Assembly: GCA_030324005.1 (NCBI GenBank)
Contig: JARDVH010000124.1
Span: 22,906,085-22,970,084 of the forward strand
Length of the DNA: 64,000 bases
Reading direction: 5' to 3'
Source of the DNA: Negaprion brevirostris
Taxonomy: Eukaryota
Each line of letters opens with the position of its first letter. Within the stretch, counting starts at the first letter, position 1. Below, piece after piece: positions 35,216 to 48,073 of this stretch. The notes beneath the pieces are model-generated. The model saw only the letters and a program-made list of their open reading frames with translations, did no database searches and had not been told where the DNA came from. The translations under genes were made by a program, and so were the position numbers.

Positions 35216-37654
35216 GCAGATCCCAAACCATTGTCCAATTCCTTTTGAATTATTACAGCACCATCATAGTTATGGTCACACGTCATGTTATAAACACACG
35301 GATGCTTAGCTTATTGTTTAATATCTGCAGTAGGCACACGACCATCACTAATCCTCTTGTTTAAGTGTTGTCAAGTACTAAATAGAGCATGGTTGCTTGG
35401 CATCAGAACTTAACAACCATTGCCAAAATAAAATCTCCCCAAGTAAAACTCAACAGAATATAGGCTAGATCTAGGCTCCAAGATAGCAATCTCTTAATCA
35501 TATGAGCTTTGTTCATAGTTTAGACATCATCCAAACAACTTAATGAGATGTGATTACTGTATGTTGAGTCATTCATTATTTGCTGTGCGATAGAAGCCCC
35601 CATTTCCAACCCAATCTTTATATTGCCCCCATAAAAATTAGTTTTCCTTTACGCACTCTTCAGCAATAAACCAAATTCCAATGTGCATAAAATGATTTGA
35701 GTTCGCAAAAGATTCTTATCACTTTTTGCTGGAAAATATTTCTTAACTGTAATTAAGAATGTACATCATTTTATGTGCAGCTGGTATTTTTATGCATGTT
35801 GTTTGCAGTGTATACATTAAATAGTCCTGTGTTTGCTTTTACTATTAATACTGTGTCTTTTTGTGATCTTGCCAACAGGGACTTATGTTTGACTTGCCTC
35901 AAGGTTGGCTAAGTGAGTTAACCTGTACAAATGCAGTATTAAGAACAAAGAAAACAGTTCATAGCAGCAATTCCTATACCAACTACAGGTTTGTGAAACA
36001 GGTTACATTGGTGATTATTGCAAAATGATTTAAACCAGCTACTTTTCTATGTTTTCTAAAGGCAAGAGAGGAAATTAAAGTGTAACTGTTACAACTTTTA
36101 ATATTTAAAGTAAAAGGCAGATAAAATAANNNNNNNNNNNNNNNNNNNNNNNNNNNNNNNNNNNNNNNNNNNNNNNNNNNNNNNNNNNNNNNNNNNNNNN
36201 NNNNNNNNNNNNNNNNNNNNNNNNNNNNNTGTAACTGTTACAAATTTTAATCTTTAAAGTAAAATGCAGATAAAATAATTACAACCTTTAAAGAGAGATA
36301 TTGTTCAGAAACGAGGCCATAATTCTCATTCCCATTACTCTGGAAAAGAAAGGGACTTTTGCAAATAGTAGCGTATTACTGATATTCCCAATGTATATCA
36401 GCCATGGTCCATGTAGGTGGCAAGAACTGCACAACATTCCAGGGATATATTCTTGTAAAGATCCTCCTATGGTAGGCTCTTATTTTCATCTTAAAAGTAG
36501 CAATGTTTTATTTCCAAACCAACAATCTTGTAAAGCTTGTGACAAGCATCATATCCATGCAGCCCTTCAGTTTGACAGTCGAACATTAATCTTAGTGAAT
36601 GCATTCAGCTGCCAGTGGCCAAGCTTCTGAGGTTTCAAGTCAGCCTGACCTTCAATACCTTTTACTCCTCCCCCTAACCCTACTCAACTACCTTGCCAAG
36701 AGCCCCCTGCTATTCAAGTATCATCTTGCTGTAACAAATTACACCAGGGACAGGATTACAGAACCTTCCATTCCCTCCTAGAGAGCAGGGAAATAAACAT
36801 TCCCTCCCAGGATTTATCACCAGTTGTTTCTCAATCAGTAATCCTCTGGTTGCCATTTCTACAGAATAGGCTTCAAGGCTTGCAACAGGACTCTCACCCT
36901 TCCCCCAATCAAAAGTAAGCTGAATGTCTTAATTGTCTATTATGAAGTGAAAGACAAGGGCTTTCCTCTTCAATCCACATACAATGCTGGACTATCTCCA
37001 CACACTTGTCTATCTGACAGCAGGCTACGAGAGCCTAATCCTGCAAATTCGGGAAGGAAGAATGTCCCCTAAAGCTACTCATTCAGCTGATTTGCCGAAT
37101 CTCCCAGGGATATGTGGCTAGCTATCACCTCTTCACTGCCAAATGATGTGGATGCCAAAGACTTTGAACCACACAGCCATTGGTGCAATTGCTTACAAAG
37201 AACACAGAAAAGCCAAGTAAAGTAAATTATATGCGTTGCTAAGGTCAGCAGGGAGGATTTAACCAAAGATTAACCCCTTCCCTTCCTAATAACAGCATTC
37301 AAGGGCAAAGATTGCAAACAGACTTATTTCCTTTGGAAACGTTTGCAGTTGTACATTTATGATACAGATAAGGCACTTCTTGGAAGTCCTGAGAACTAGC
37401 ATTGTAAATATTTTCACAACAATGCCTTCCGGTTCTGTTGAAAGATTATTGACCTGAAGTGAAGCATCTGTTTTTCCCTAAACCACAGCTTGCTTCTAGC
37501 ATGTTAGAATTCATTTTAAATAAAACTATGCTTGAGATTAGGCAATCTTTGGACATCCTTTACAAAAGGGGAAGCTGAAAGCACAAGGAGCACTGCAAAA
37601 GCAGAAGGAGCAGAGCGATAGGGAGTCCAACAAGAAGCACCATATTAAATCGAC

Positions 37655-38520
37655 AGCATAGTGGCACATTGGTTGGCACAGCTACCTCACAGCTCCAGGA
37701 CCCAAGTTCAATTCCAGCCTTGGGTCACTGTGCGGATTGTGCAAAGTTTGCACGTCTCCTCTTGTCGGCATGGGTTTTCTCCGGGAGCTCCGGTTTTCTC
37801 CCACGAGTCCGAAAGATGGGTGGGTTAGGTGCACTGGCCATGCTAAATTCTGCCTGTACCCGAAAAAAAGTGTACCCGAACAGATGCTGGAGTGTGTCGA
37901 CAAGGAGATTTTCAGAGTAACTTCACTGCGATGTTAATGTAAGCACACTTAGAACCATATAAGATTACAGCACAGAAACAGGCCTTTTGGCCCTTCTTGG
38001 CTGTGCCAAACCATTTTTCTGCCTAGTCCCACTGACTGCACCTGGACCATATCCCTCCACACCCCTCTCATCCATGTACTGGTCCAAGTTTTTCTTAAAA
38101 GTGAGCCTGCATTTACCACTTCATCTGGCATTCCACACTCCCACCACACTCTGTGTGAAGAACCCCTCCTTAATATTCCCTTTAAACTTTTCCCCCTTCA
38201 CCCTTAATCCATGTCCTCTAGTTTTTTTTTTAACTCCCCAAGCCTCAGTGGAAAAAGCCTACTTGCATTCGCTCTATCTATATCCATCATAATTTTATAC
38301 ACCTCTATCAAATCTCCCCTCATTGTTCTAAGCTCCAGGGAATAAAGTCCTAACCTATTCAACCTTTCTCTGTAACTCAATTTCTCAAGTCCTGGCAACA
38401 TCCTTGTAAACCTTCTCTGCACTCTTTCAACCTTATTAATATCCTTCCTGTAATTAGGTGACCAAAACGGCACACAATAACTTGAGACACAGTTAATTGT
38501 GACACTAATAAATAAACTTT
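37655..38520 (+). mobile_element. V-domain SINE (37655-37950, tail resuming at about 38497-38520) interrupted by CR1
   Basis: SINE head, core and tail up to gttaatgtaagcacact; the tail end ttgtgacactaataaataaacttt appears after the CR1 insert. Confidence 0.82.
37950..38480 (-). mobile_element. CR1 LINE 3' fragment
   Basis: ORF 38204-38473 FWSPNYRKDINKVERVQRRFTRMLPGLEKLSYRERLNRLGLYSLE, plus a CR1 tail. Confidence 0.92.
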
Positions 38521-40974
38521 AAAACTTTAAATTTTAAATGTTAGTCCAGCTGTTTCCAAATATGTATCTCTTGCCAAAGTATCCAAAAGCATTAATCACA
38601 TCCACAAATTTTCAATATAAACTGAAACGGGACTTTGCCATTAGCAGGAATGCTCAGGGATAAAATGAAAGATTTGAACTTCAACTGAGTGTCTTTCCAA
38701 CACAAGAATTAAACACATGTTCAGAAACATAGTCTCACCACACATTCCTTCCATCTGTCATTGTTGCCAAAGGGACATGGACCAATTCAGATTCAACATG
38801 AATGATAGAGGTAGCATTCTCCACCTCAGCAACGATCCCATTCCTATCACACCATGTAACTTAAATCTTCAGCTAATACCATATTTGAATGATTCAATAA
38901 TGAATCTATCGAGATAGCATTCAGTGTGAAAGCAAACTAAAAGATTTGCAGCTATCCAACATTAGATGTATTTACTGGTTCCAAAAGGATGGACCAAAAG
39001 TCCAAATGTGGTGTTTCACACTACAGCGCTTCAGATTTTATTTTGGCAAAGCATAAACCAAAACCAGCAATGAATTAGCTGACAAATAGCAATTCCTGTT
39101 ATCAGGTGATTAAGGGTTAATAGTGTTGGCAGAGTTCAAAACTGTAGTGATAAATTTACTCAGCAAAGAGATCAAGCTTGATTGGTTGGGCAAAAGCAAG
39201 CCATTTTCAGATGTCAGGTATATCTTAAGAAAACTGTTCTTATTTACTTCATATGCATAGCTTTCAAAAGACTTCACTTAAGACAGATCTTGTACTATTA
39301 CGGGATTAAAGTGCAATTTCATAAAGCTCACCAAGTTTTTTTTAAAATGATCTTTCATCCGTTGACAGGACCAAGGAGTCTTATGAGATATACTTCTTGT
39401 GCTCAGATTTCTTCACGTTTGATCAATGTACTTTTAACATTTGGGAAATACATTATTAAGTAACGGCACCTCAACAGGCCTCATGAGAAACCCAAGGAGG
39501 AAGTTGAAGCATAGGACTGACTAGCAAAAAAAAAAACATCCTATCTGCCCAGGTTTAATAGATCAGCTGTACAAGTGTAAAGCAATGTCATGGCAGACTT
39601 GATTTGTAGCACACAAATACTGTAAAGCAAACATGCTTGTTGTAATTATTTATTTGGAGAAAAAAGTAACATCTGATACATTAAATCTTTGTAGTGTAGT
39701 CACAATGATGAGATTTACTCAACTCTGTTTTTCTGACATTTACTGTAGACATAGGATGCAAAGGTTTATAGTTAACAAATCAATAACTAATTAAACCGAT
39801 AATCAGCACAGAGAAGGCAACCTTTCCAATAATCAAAGAGTTAGCAAGTGTGATGGGGCCCTCAGGTAGAAAGCTACAATTTACAACTACACCTCTCAAA
39901 TACCAGTTTTTCCTTTTTTTTCAAAAAATAAAGAGTTGTCTTAATGAGTGAAGGTTAATGATTGGAGATCAACTTNNNNNNNNNNTACAGGCAAAAGCAC
40001 AAGATGTTGTACTGTGTATATACGCTGTCAAAATAGCTCATTCCTTAAGTAATTATGGTTTAAATGAACTGATGCAAAATAAATCAGTTGTTACTGTAAG
40101 CAAACAAAAATCAACTTGAATAGCCAGAGGGAGTAGGTAACAGCAGACAGGAGAATACTGCTGGAGATTGGAGCTGGGGGCGGGGCAGAGAGCCTTAGGT
40201 TTCATAGCCTCAGGGCAGGTCCAAGAGGCTTCAACATGCCTGTNNNNNNNNNNTTTGCTCAACAGCTCAGATAGAAAGCTGCAATCTGCTGAAGGCAGGG
40301 CCAAGAGTTGTGCCTCCATCGTAGTTCTCTCCAAGAATAGGCCTGGATTTCATTAACCCTATCTTCTCCTCTCTCTTATATCAACACAATGACATGTCAC
40401 TTACTGACAATTTCCAATTTCCTTGTGCAGAGGGTACAGTAACTTACAAAACAGATTAGCTAATTCAAACCCATGTCTCAAACAGTTACTAATATAGAAG
40501 CAGAATAACCTCACAGAACATCGCAAGAAATCAGCTTTCAAAAAACTGGAAAAGGGACACCTGCAATTCTCAACAGACAGATACGGTTTTTGTTCTACAA
40601 TAGCTGTTGAATTCACTGCCGATTCAAAAAAAGTATCCACTTTCACAAGACACGCATTTTCCTTCAAGCCAGCTTTTTTAATAGTGTACTCACACACCAC
40701 ACGATTCACACCTGTGGAACTTGTGGATGTGATTCTAGTGTCAAGACCCAAAAATGATGAGACCCCACTTCCCTGGAGCTTCTCACTTCTCATTGTTCCA
40801 GTATCGATCTGTGCTCAGGCTCTAGCTTCCAGATTTGAGCCACAGCCGATTAGTATAGATGGTGCTTGACAGTGTCAGAGCAGTCCAAAACTAAGTACAT
40901 CAGGCATTTAAAAAGAAAATCAACATTTCTGTGAAAGATTTGTATTTGTCTGATACTGCTTTTAAATCTAACAG

Positions 40975-41255
40975 GCGTGTCTGTAGCACTTTTCACAATC
41001 ACTTGACATCTCAGTGCTTTACAGCCAATGAACTGCATTGTGTAGTCACTGTTGCAATGTGAGAAACACGACAGCCAATTTGCACACAGCAAACTCCCAA
41101 ACAGCAATCTGACAACGTCCAGATAAATCTGTTTACATGATGTAAATTAAGGGATAAATATTGACCAAGACACCAGGGATAACTCCCTTGCTCTTCTTCC
41201 GAATAACGTCATGGGGTCTTTTACAACCCCAAGGGGGCAGGCAGGATTTCTAGTT
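40975..41255 (-). mobile_element. Deu-domain SINE
   Basis: gtgctttacagccaatgaa...gtgtagtcactgttgcaatgtgagaaac...ccaatttgcacacagcaaactcccaaacagcaat...gggataaatattgaccaagacaccagggataactccc. Confidence 0.8.
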
Positions 41256-43009
41256 TTAAAACTTTTACTTTAACAAATGACCAAAACACTGTTAACTAAA
41301 CACTTTTTCAAGGCAACTTATACTTTTAAACTACAGAAAGATACACTCTTGGTTTATACTTACTACACATTGCACTCTTCATGCATTAATCCACAGTTGC
41401 TCCCAGTTTCCAATAGGTTTTCATTTCCTTGTTTCATTGAATAGTAACTTTGAGTGACTGGCTCCCAGCCCTTCTCTTAGCTTCCAAGGTTTTCTAAGTC
41501 AACTACTAGCATTAAAGCCTGTCCTGATCATTGTCCCCCTCTGGCCATGACAGGACAAGTCTCCAAGAATCCTTAGATGACTACAGGAGGCCTTCCTTTG
41601 ACTAGCAATCATTATTATGGACACAGAGATATGGGATAATTTTCTCCTTTTTTCATATCTTGACTCATTGCCAAGTGTTGAGATTTTAAATAAACAGACA
41701 CAAGCAGATGTACACACAAGCAATGACTTCTGAAGCTGTAACATGTACTTAAATTACTAGATGGGTAAAAGCAAAACAAGTCACTTCTTTACACAGCCCT
41801 TAAGATGGTGAGTGAAATGTTAGAGGCCTGGAGGACCCTCTCACAATTCACTGATTACGTTTGAAGTTTCTGGCTTTTCAGTCGAAGTTGTGGTTGAGCC
41901 TGCTGTGAAAAAATATAACTTGTACATAACAAATTAGCACCGCTTCTCTACATAACACGATTTTCAGGCAGGGTCCTATCTGTGATGGGCAAGAGGTGGT
42001 TTCTGTTTAGTCTCCATATCCCAGTCCAACTCTTTGGGCTGCCCATGTAAACTAATAAAATATTGACTTGCTCTCCAGCCAGCTTCAGTCATGTGATGAC
42101 AGTATTAATGTATTCTACTGTCCACACAACAATTTGATAGCAGTTGTAATTGGCATACAATGGGAAAAGAATGATATACCATAAACAATTCAGCTATCAT
42201 TAGTCTCAGAAATGTCATTATTTGAAACACCATCTTCGTTGGGCCAACTGTCTGGCAATAATTGTCATTCTAAGCCTCTTTCATTGAAATAGTAAGGGGC
42301 AGTCAATCAGCACCAGGGAAGGCAATTTGCATTTTAAATAACTTCCCAGATACATCTTTGTCTCTATACAGAAACTGCAAAATAAGTCATCGGTCTCCCT
42401 TAGGTCCATTTTGTGAAATTATAGTGTGCTCATATCCCATGTTTCTTTTTGTAAAAATTAAAATGTATATCTCATAATATGCTTTATGGGCACATGACAT
42501 GACCGTAACACCATCTTCTTTCCATTCCAGGCTGTGGTAGTTCATAAAGCCAGGCAGCCTCTTCACTCCACTGACTAAATGAAAATCTGCTGCCTGTCAC
42601 CAAATTCTAGGGAAGCCTGTAACCCAATCTCAAAAATAGCTTCCACTGTCCTTCTCTCCACAGCAATCTGAAACACTTGCATCTGGGTGGAAATGTTGAT
42701 TAGCTTTTCTTGTTGCTAATTCTCTTTCATCTGATCAGTAAATGAACAGTATAAAGTTCAACCATTTGCAACGCAATACCTTCAATACCTTTCTTAGACT
42801 TTAGGAGATGCGAGTGTCTCCCTACTGTGAACTCAGAAATTGCTGCCATTATCTCCATCCATGAAACCCAGTAACACAATCAGATCTTTCCCTTAATCTT
42901 TAACCACCCAAGCCTGTTGTCAAGCAGAACAGCTCCCTCTCCTTTTCACCTTAGATTTAAAGTCACAGTCCCAAAACATAATCTTGTAAACCACAGAATT
43001 GAAGCATAT

Positions 43010-43125
43010 TCCTTCAATGTTACACTGGAGTTTAGCCTTGACTTCTGTGCTTAATACGTCCTGGGGTCGGACTTGAATCCACAACCTTCCAACTCGGAGG
43101 CAGGTATGTTACCAACTGAGCCATG
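43010..43125 (-). mobile_element. tRNA-derived SINE head (Deu-SINE type)
   Basis: ggacttgaatccacaaccttccaactcggaggcaggtatgttaccaactgagcca, a reverse-complement A/B box head. Confidence 0.65.
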
Positions 43126-43234
43126 CTTGAAAATATTCGAATCCCAAACCTAAACAATACAATTCTGTAAAGCTGCACCAAAATCTAGTCCTGAATACAC
43201 CAACAAAATCAAGTTAAAAGTAGAATTACTCAGC

Positions 43235-43790
43235 ACAGGGGATGTCATAGGAACTTACAAAATTCTAATAAGATCAGACAGGGTAGATTCAAAAAGAATG
43301 TTCCCAATGGTAGGGGAGTCCAGACTAGGGGGGTCATAGATTGAGGATGAGGTAAACCTTTTAGGACTGCGATGAGGAGAAGTTTTGTCACCTAGTCAAT
43401 GGTGAATGTGTGGAAATCACTAGCACAGAAAGTAGTTGAGGCCAAAACAGTGTGTGATTTCAAGAAGAAATTAAATATAGCTCTTGGGGTTTAGGGAGAG
43501 GGGCTAATGAGTATGTGGGGAGAACAGAGTTTGGAATAGGTACCTGTGCATTTGTGTGGTGGGAGCAGTANNNNNNNNNNNNNNNNNNNNNNNNNNNNNN
43601 NNNNNNNNNNNNNNNNNNNNNNNNNNNNNNNNNNNNNNNNNNNNNNNNNNNNNNNNNNNNNNNNNNNNNNGGGGGGTTGGAGGTTTATGATCAGGATATT
43701 GAATTTGATAATCAGCCATGATCAAAATGTATAATGGAGCAGGCTCAAAAAGGACCGAATGGCCTACATTTGCTTCGATTTTCTATGTCT
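43235..43790 (+). mobile_element. CR1 LINE 3' fragment containing a gap
   Basis: aacttacaaaattcta...gacagggtagattc...tgttcccaatggtaggggagtccagactagggg...; tail gatcagccatgatc...gaccgaatggcctac. Confidence 0.85.
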
Positions 43791-44792
43791 CTACGTTTTC
43801 CTATTTCATTAAAGAATTTATTTGCAATGGTTAAAAGAATTGTGAATGCTTAAAAACTAACCACTTCAAAATGAAAGGTGAATCTTTAGTTGGGGGGGGT
43901 GGACACAAGAGGGGTAAGGCTCAATAGTCTATCTCTACGTCAGTTTCAGCAGTACCTGCCCGCATCTGCACCCCCCTTCCCCCAATCAAGCCGTCAACTT
44001 GAATGTTGAACTTCACAGTACTGGCTGGCTTTCTCTCCCATCCTTTTGATGTTACCTCCAAAGCTAGAGATCAAAGCAGCAGAGTGCGGTGTGGGGAAGT
44101 CCCAGGCTCTTAGGCTGCCAGCCTGTGATATATGTAAAAACCGAAGCCAAAAAGGGAAGGCTTGAAGAGAGAAGTGTTGAAACAGTCCAGTCTAGTCAGA
44201 GATTGAATCAAAAGGGGAGAAATAAAATTAAACAAATCTTAATGCTTTTGCTCTAAAATCAATTTTGAACCAACAGCAGTAATAATTTTACCACGCAGAT
44301 TTTAAATTTCAAACATGTTTGGCTCAGATAAACATAAACATTTATTTTGCTTTGTCTGTCCTCCCCCAACACACCTATACACGGAGGATGGGTGGTTTGC
44401 TATTAATGTACAGCTCGGTAAACTTGCAAAGTCTTCTTTCTGTAATTAGTCATAATATATATTCTTGCAAGAATGTGGTTTGTGAAAGCGTAGTTTCACT
44501 ATCTGTCAACTGTTTAAGTGTGTGTGTGCACGCATGTGTTTGGGGGGGTAGTGTTGGTGTGCAATGACAAACAGTGCAGTTAAGTCTCCCACACCACCAC
44601 CAAATTTTTTAAAAAGAGATCATCCTCTGTCCAATATTATCGAACATTCTACGCTACAATAGTCAAGAGTGCTCGTAAAAATCATGCCTTGGGATTTTAG
44701 GTTAATAGACCCTTACCCTAATGATTGTTTAAATCACACTGTAGAAGCAACAATGATATTATCTGCATCAGCTGCATCCAAGTCTATGTGAC

Positions 44793-45210
44793 TGTAAGAC
44801 ATAGGAGCAAAGGGAAGCCATTCAGCCCACCGAGTCAGCTCTGCCATTCAATGAGATTATAACTGATCTGATGTGACAATCCTCACTCCACTTTCCTACC
44901 TTATCCCCATAATCCTTGATCCCCTTCTAATTAAAAATCTGTTTATCGCAGCCTCGGAAATATTTAAAAATGCAACCTCTACAGCCCTCTGCAGGAAAGA
45001 ATTCCACAGATTTATTACCCTCAGACAAGAAATTCCTCCTCATCTGCATCTTAATTGAGTAACCTATCACTCTAAGAGTATGCCCTCTGATCCTAGACTT
45101 TTCCACAGGAGAAACAAGCTCTCAGCCACTTCCTTGTCAAGCCCCCTGAAAATCTTATATGCCTCAATGTGGTCACCTCGCATTCGCCCAAACTGCAACG
45201 AGTACAGGCC
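44793..45210 (-). mobile_element. CR1 LINE 3' fragment
   Basis: taagacataggagcaaagggaagccattcagccc...gccattcaatgagat...gaattccacagattt. Confidence 0.85.
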
Positions 45211-47966
45211 CTCTCTAGTATAACAGGACAAATCTAGTCATTTTGGTGATGAGGCAAGAAGGGTAAATAAATAGTGTTGAAAAACAACTCATGAAAAATA
45301 TAAGGACTAACAGTTTAATGATACATAGATGTAACATGAACACATTCTCCCTTGAGGTTATTGACCTAACACTTGTTACTGCAGAAAGTGTCAACTTAGT
45401 TGAAGAAAACGAAGATCAATCTTTTTTTAAAAAATGACCTCTCTAGTAGATCAGACATTGACAGCATTGACAAGAAAACAAATTCCCTTTTTAAAAAATG
45501 GAAAGGAAGGAAATGGGGGGCCAAATTCCGACAGGTTTACATGAAACAATCCACTATGAAAGCCATGAGAATATACAAACATTGTATCCACTCAGATGCG
45601 ACCAAATCCAACTTGCAGCTGAATTAAACCTTCAGTACATCTTCTCCAAATGTTTTACCTGGCCAAGATTGTGGCAACACAGCTCAAAGCGTGCAGATAC
45701 TATCTTCTAGGAAGTTCAGGCAACTTCATGTTTAACACACACCTCTTGGCTGAGGCAAATAAATATTGAATAACATTGACTAGAATGTCAACACCAAAAA
45801 GCACTATTGGACAGAGACAACCTTAACTATGTGAATTAATTTTAATTTGAATGGAATTTCATATGTACTGTAAAATGAGGACTACTGCTTACTGGAAAGC
45901 ACATTTACAACTGCAAATCACCAGAGAAGGATTGGACAAAACGGTTATCCCATTGCTGACCACTGGGACTAACTGGATTCTTTTACAGAGCCTGCAGGGG
46001 TTCCATGAGTCAAATGGCCTCCTTCCATGCCATTCTGCCTCTATGACACTGTTCACTGCCCAAGCTCCCTCAAAAGATACCAGAGGAGAAGCAGTATCCA
46101 GAGACGGTAAGAACTTGTGAACTGATACAATCAGGAAGAAGAAATAGAAAATCTGTCTTATACAATCTACAGTAATGAAATGGCATTAAAAAAAGGGATA
46201 GCACCATTCAATCAGCTCTGCTTGCAACGTCTGAGTCAATTAGTAAGTTTAGAAACTCTATGTTCCAAATATTTTTCCAAGAAGTTGCAAAATTGATCAA
46301 AATCAGCATGTAACAACAAATGTCCTTCAATTGAACATCAAAAAAGCTTTCTTAAAAAAACTGTAGTCAAAGTGCAAAAAGCCCAAGACATTGGAGTAAC
46401 ATTTAGGATATGAGCACAAAACAAACAAACAAACAAACAGCACATGTTGTGTAAATACCATTCTTGGAAACACTGTACACCAGACCACCATGCCTGGTTT
46501 CTATTCCCACCAAGGAGGCTGCTTTGCTGTTAATTTTTTTTCCTTCCACTTCCACTATTACAATGTTTGGACTCTCTCTTCTCATTTTACGTAACGTTCC
46601 TGAAATGACCCAGATGTCATCAGGAGCCTGCTCTCCTTTAAATGGAGTCTTTAGACAGATGTGCATTTTGGACCTCTTAACTTGCAAGCTATTTGGCACA
46701 TTTTCCTTCCTCAGAGACACAGACATGCATGTGCATCATTCCTTGGTGCTATGTGTTGCAGCATTCCCAAATACTACTCTTCAAGGAAGGTGTTGCTTGA
46801 GATCAATGAAACATTAATAACACTGATCTGACATACCTTTCAGAGACTAAAATTTTAGCATTATTCCAGCATAAGTGCACTATGACTTAAATGTGGAGTT
46901 AAGCTGTTTGGCTGATGGACTGGCTCAATGAGTAACAAAATACTGTCTGCTGACCAAACGGCTCCCATCACCAAAGGTCAGAGGCATTGTATTGACCATG
47001 AAAAAGGGAAAGGGTGACAATAAAATCTCCTGACAATGTCAAAACCTAGATATCAACAAGATAATTTAAGAACTACAAAAAATAGAAGTGGCACATGTAT
47101 GTAGCAAGAAAGAGGAAATTAAAACACATTGAAAAGCTAAATCAAAACAAGGTGAGCGTTTTGAATTCTAAGTGTAATGTATTTTCAGAATGCAATAAGT
47201 TGTTTTTTAAATGAATGGTTCATTCATTTTTATATATTGAACCATGTTTTAGGAATTGAAATGTTTAGTAATTTTAACACTAGTCAGTAACATTTCCCAT
47301 CAAAAGCACAGTTCCAAAAAATTCCGACTGAAGAGTCTGGAATTAGGGGTTGGTATGCCAACGAAGATAATGTTCCACTCCATACCACAGCTCACCTCAA
47401 TGTCCCCTGATGGTCATTGCTACATCCTGTACAGGCATTGTGGTCGTCTGCAGAATTCCATGCTTGAAATGGTTTTTGTGTTCTCAGTTCACCAGTTCTG
47501 CTCCTGGATAGACTTACGTTTATTTCCGGTACAGCTCTATTCCTGGGCTGGCCGAGTGTTTCTCAGCACACCAACCCCAGGAGATTTCTAATTACCAGCC
47601 GTCCACCTATAGTCTTCTCAACGACGCACAATACCAGTTATCTTTTAAGAAAAATCCCAATCAGAACCCAGAAAGATATTTAAAAGCAAGGAGGTGATTA
47701 TCAAAGATCGGATCACAGGAGTCAATTTGGCAAGTTTCAAATCTGAATATTCATGAATGGCTCTGTAGGATTTGTGCTACCAACCAGCCATTGCTCCAAA
47801 TATTTATTTCTACAAGTCAAATAGTCAAAGTACTATCACCTCACTTGCATGCACAACTACCAAACTGAAAGATAATATAAAGAAAGGATTTCAAAAATTT
47901 ATTTTAAGAAATACACAATTCAAGGAGCCGCAAGCCTTCACCTTCCCCCATCGATTTCCCTTTCCA

Positions 47967-48073
47967 TTTGATAATGTTTATTATCAAATAAATCGGTTGG
48001 ACTANNNNNNNNNNGTGTTTGTCAGACTTTTTACTGTGTTTACCCCAGTCCAACGCCGGCATACCCACATCAT
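47967..48073. mobile_element. Truncated copy of the Penelope-like repeat seen at 59086-59322
   Basis: tatcaaataaatcggttggact...tgtcagactttttactgtgtttaccccagtccaacgccggcatacccacatcat is the reverse complement of the left part of 59086-59322. Confidence 0.75.

Noticed and set aside
36082-36278. Approximately 48-bp duplicate flanking a 100-N gap
   Set aside because: Same gap-flank duplication pattern; cannot be interpreted without reads.
47390-47610. Minus-strand donor-like motifs (gtaagt at about 47517, gtgagc at about 47396) in a CpG-richer patch
   Set aside because: No convincing polypyrimidine tract or acceptor, and no recognisable TCF7L2 peptide.
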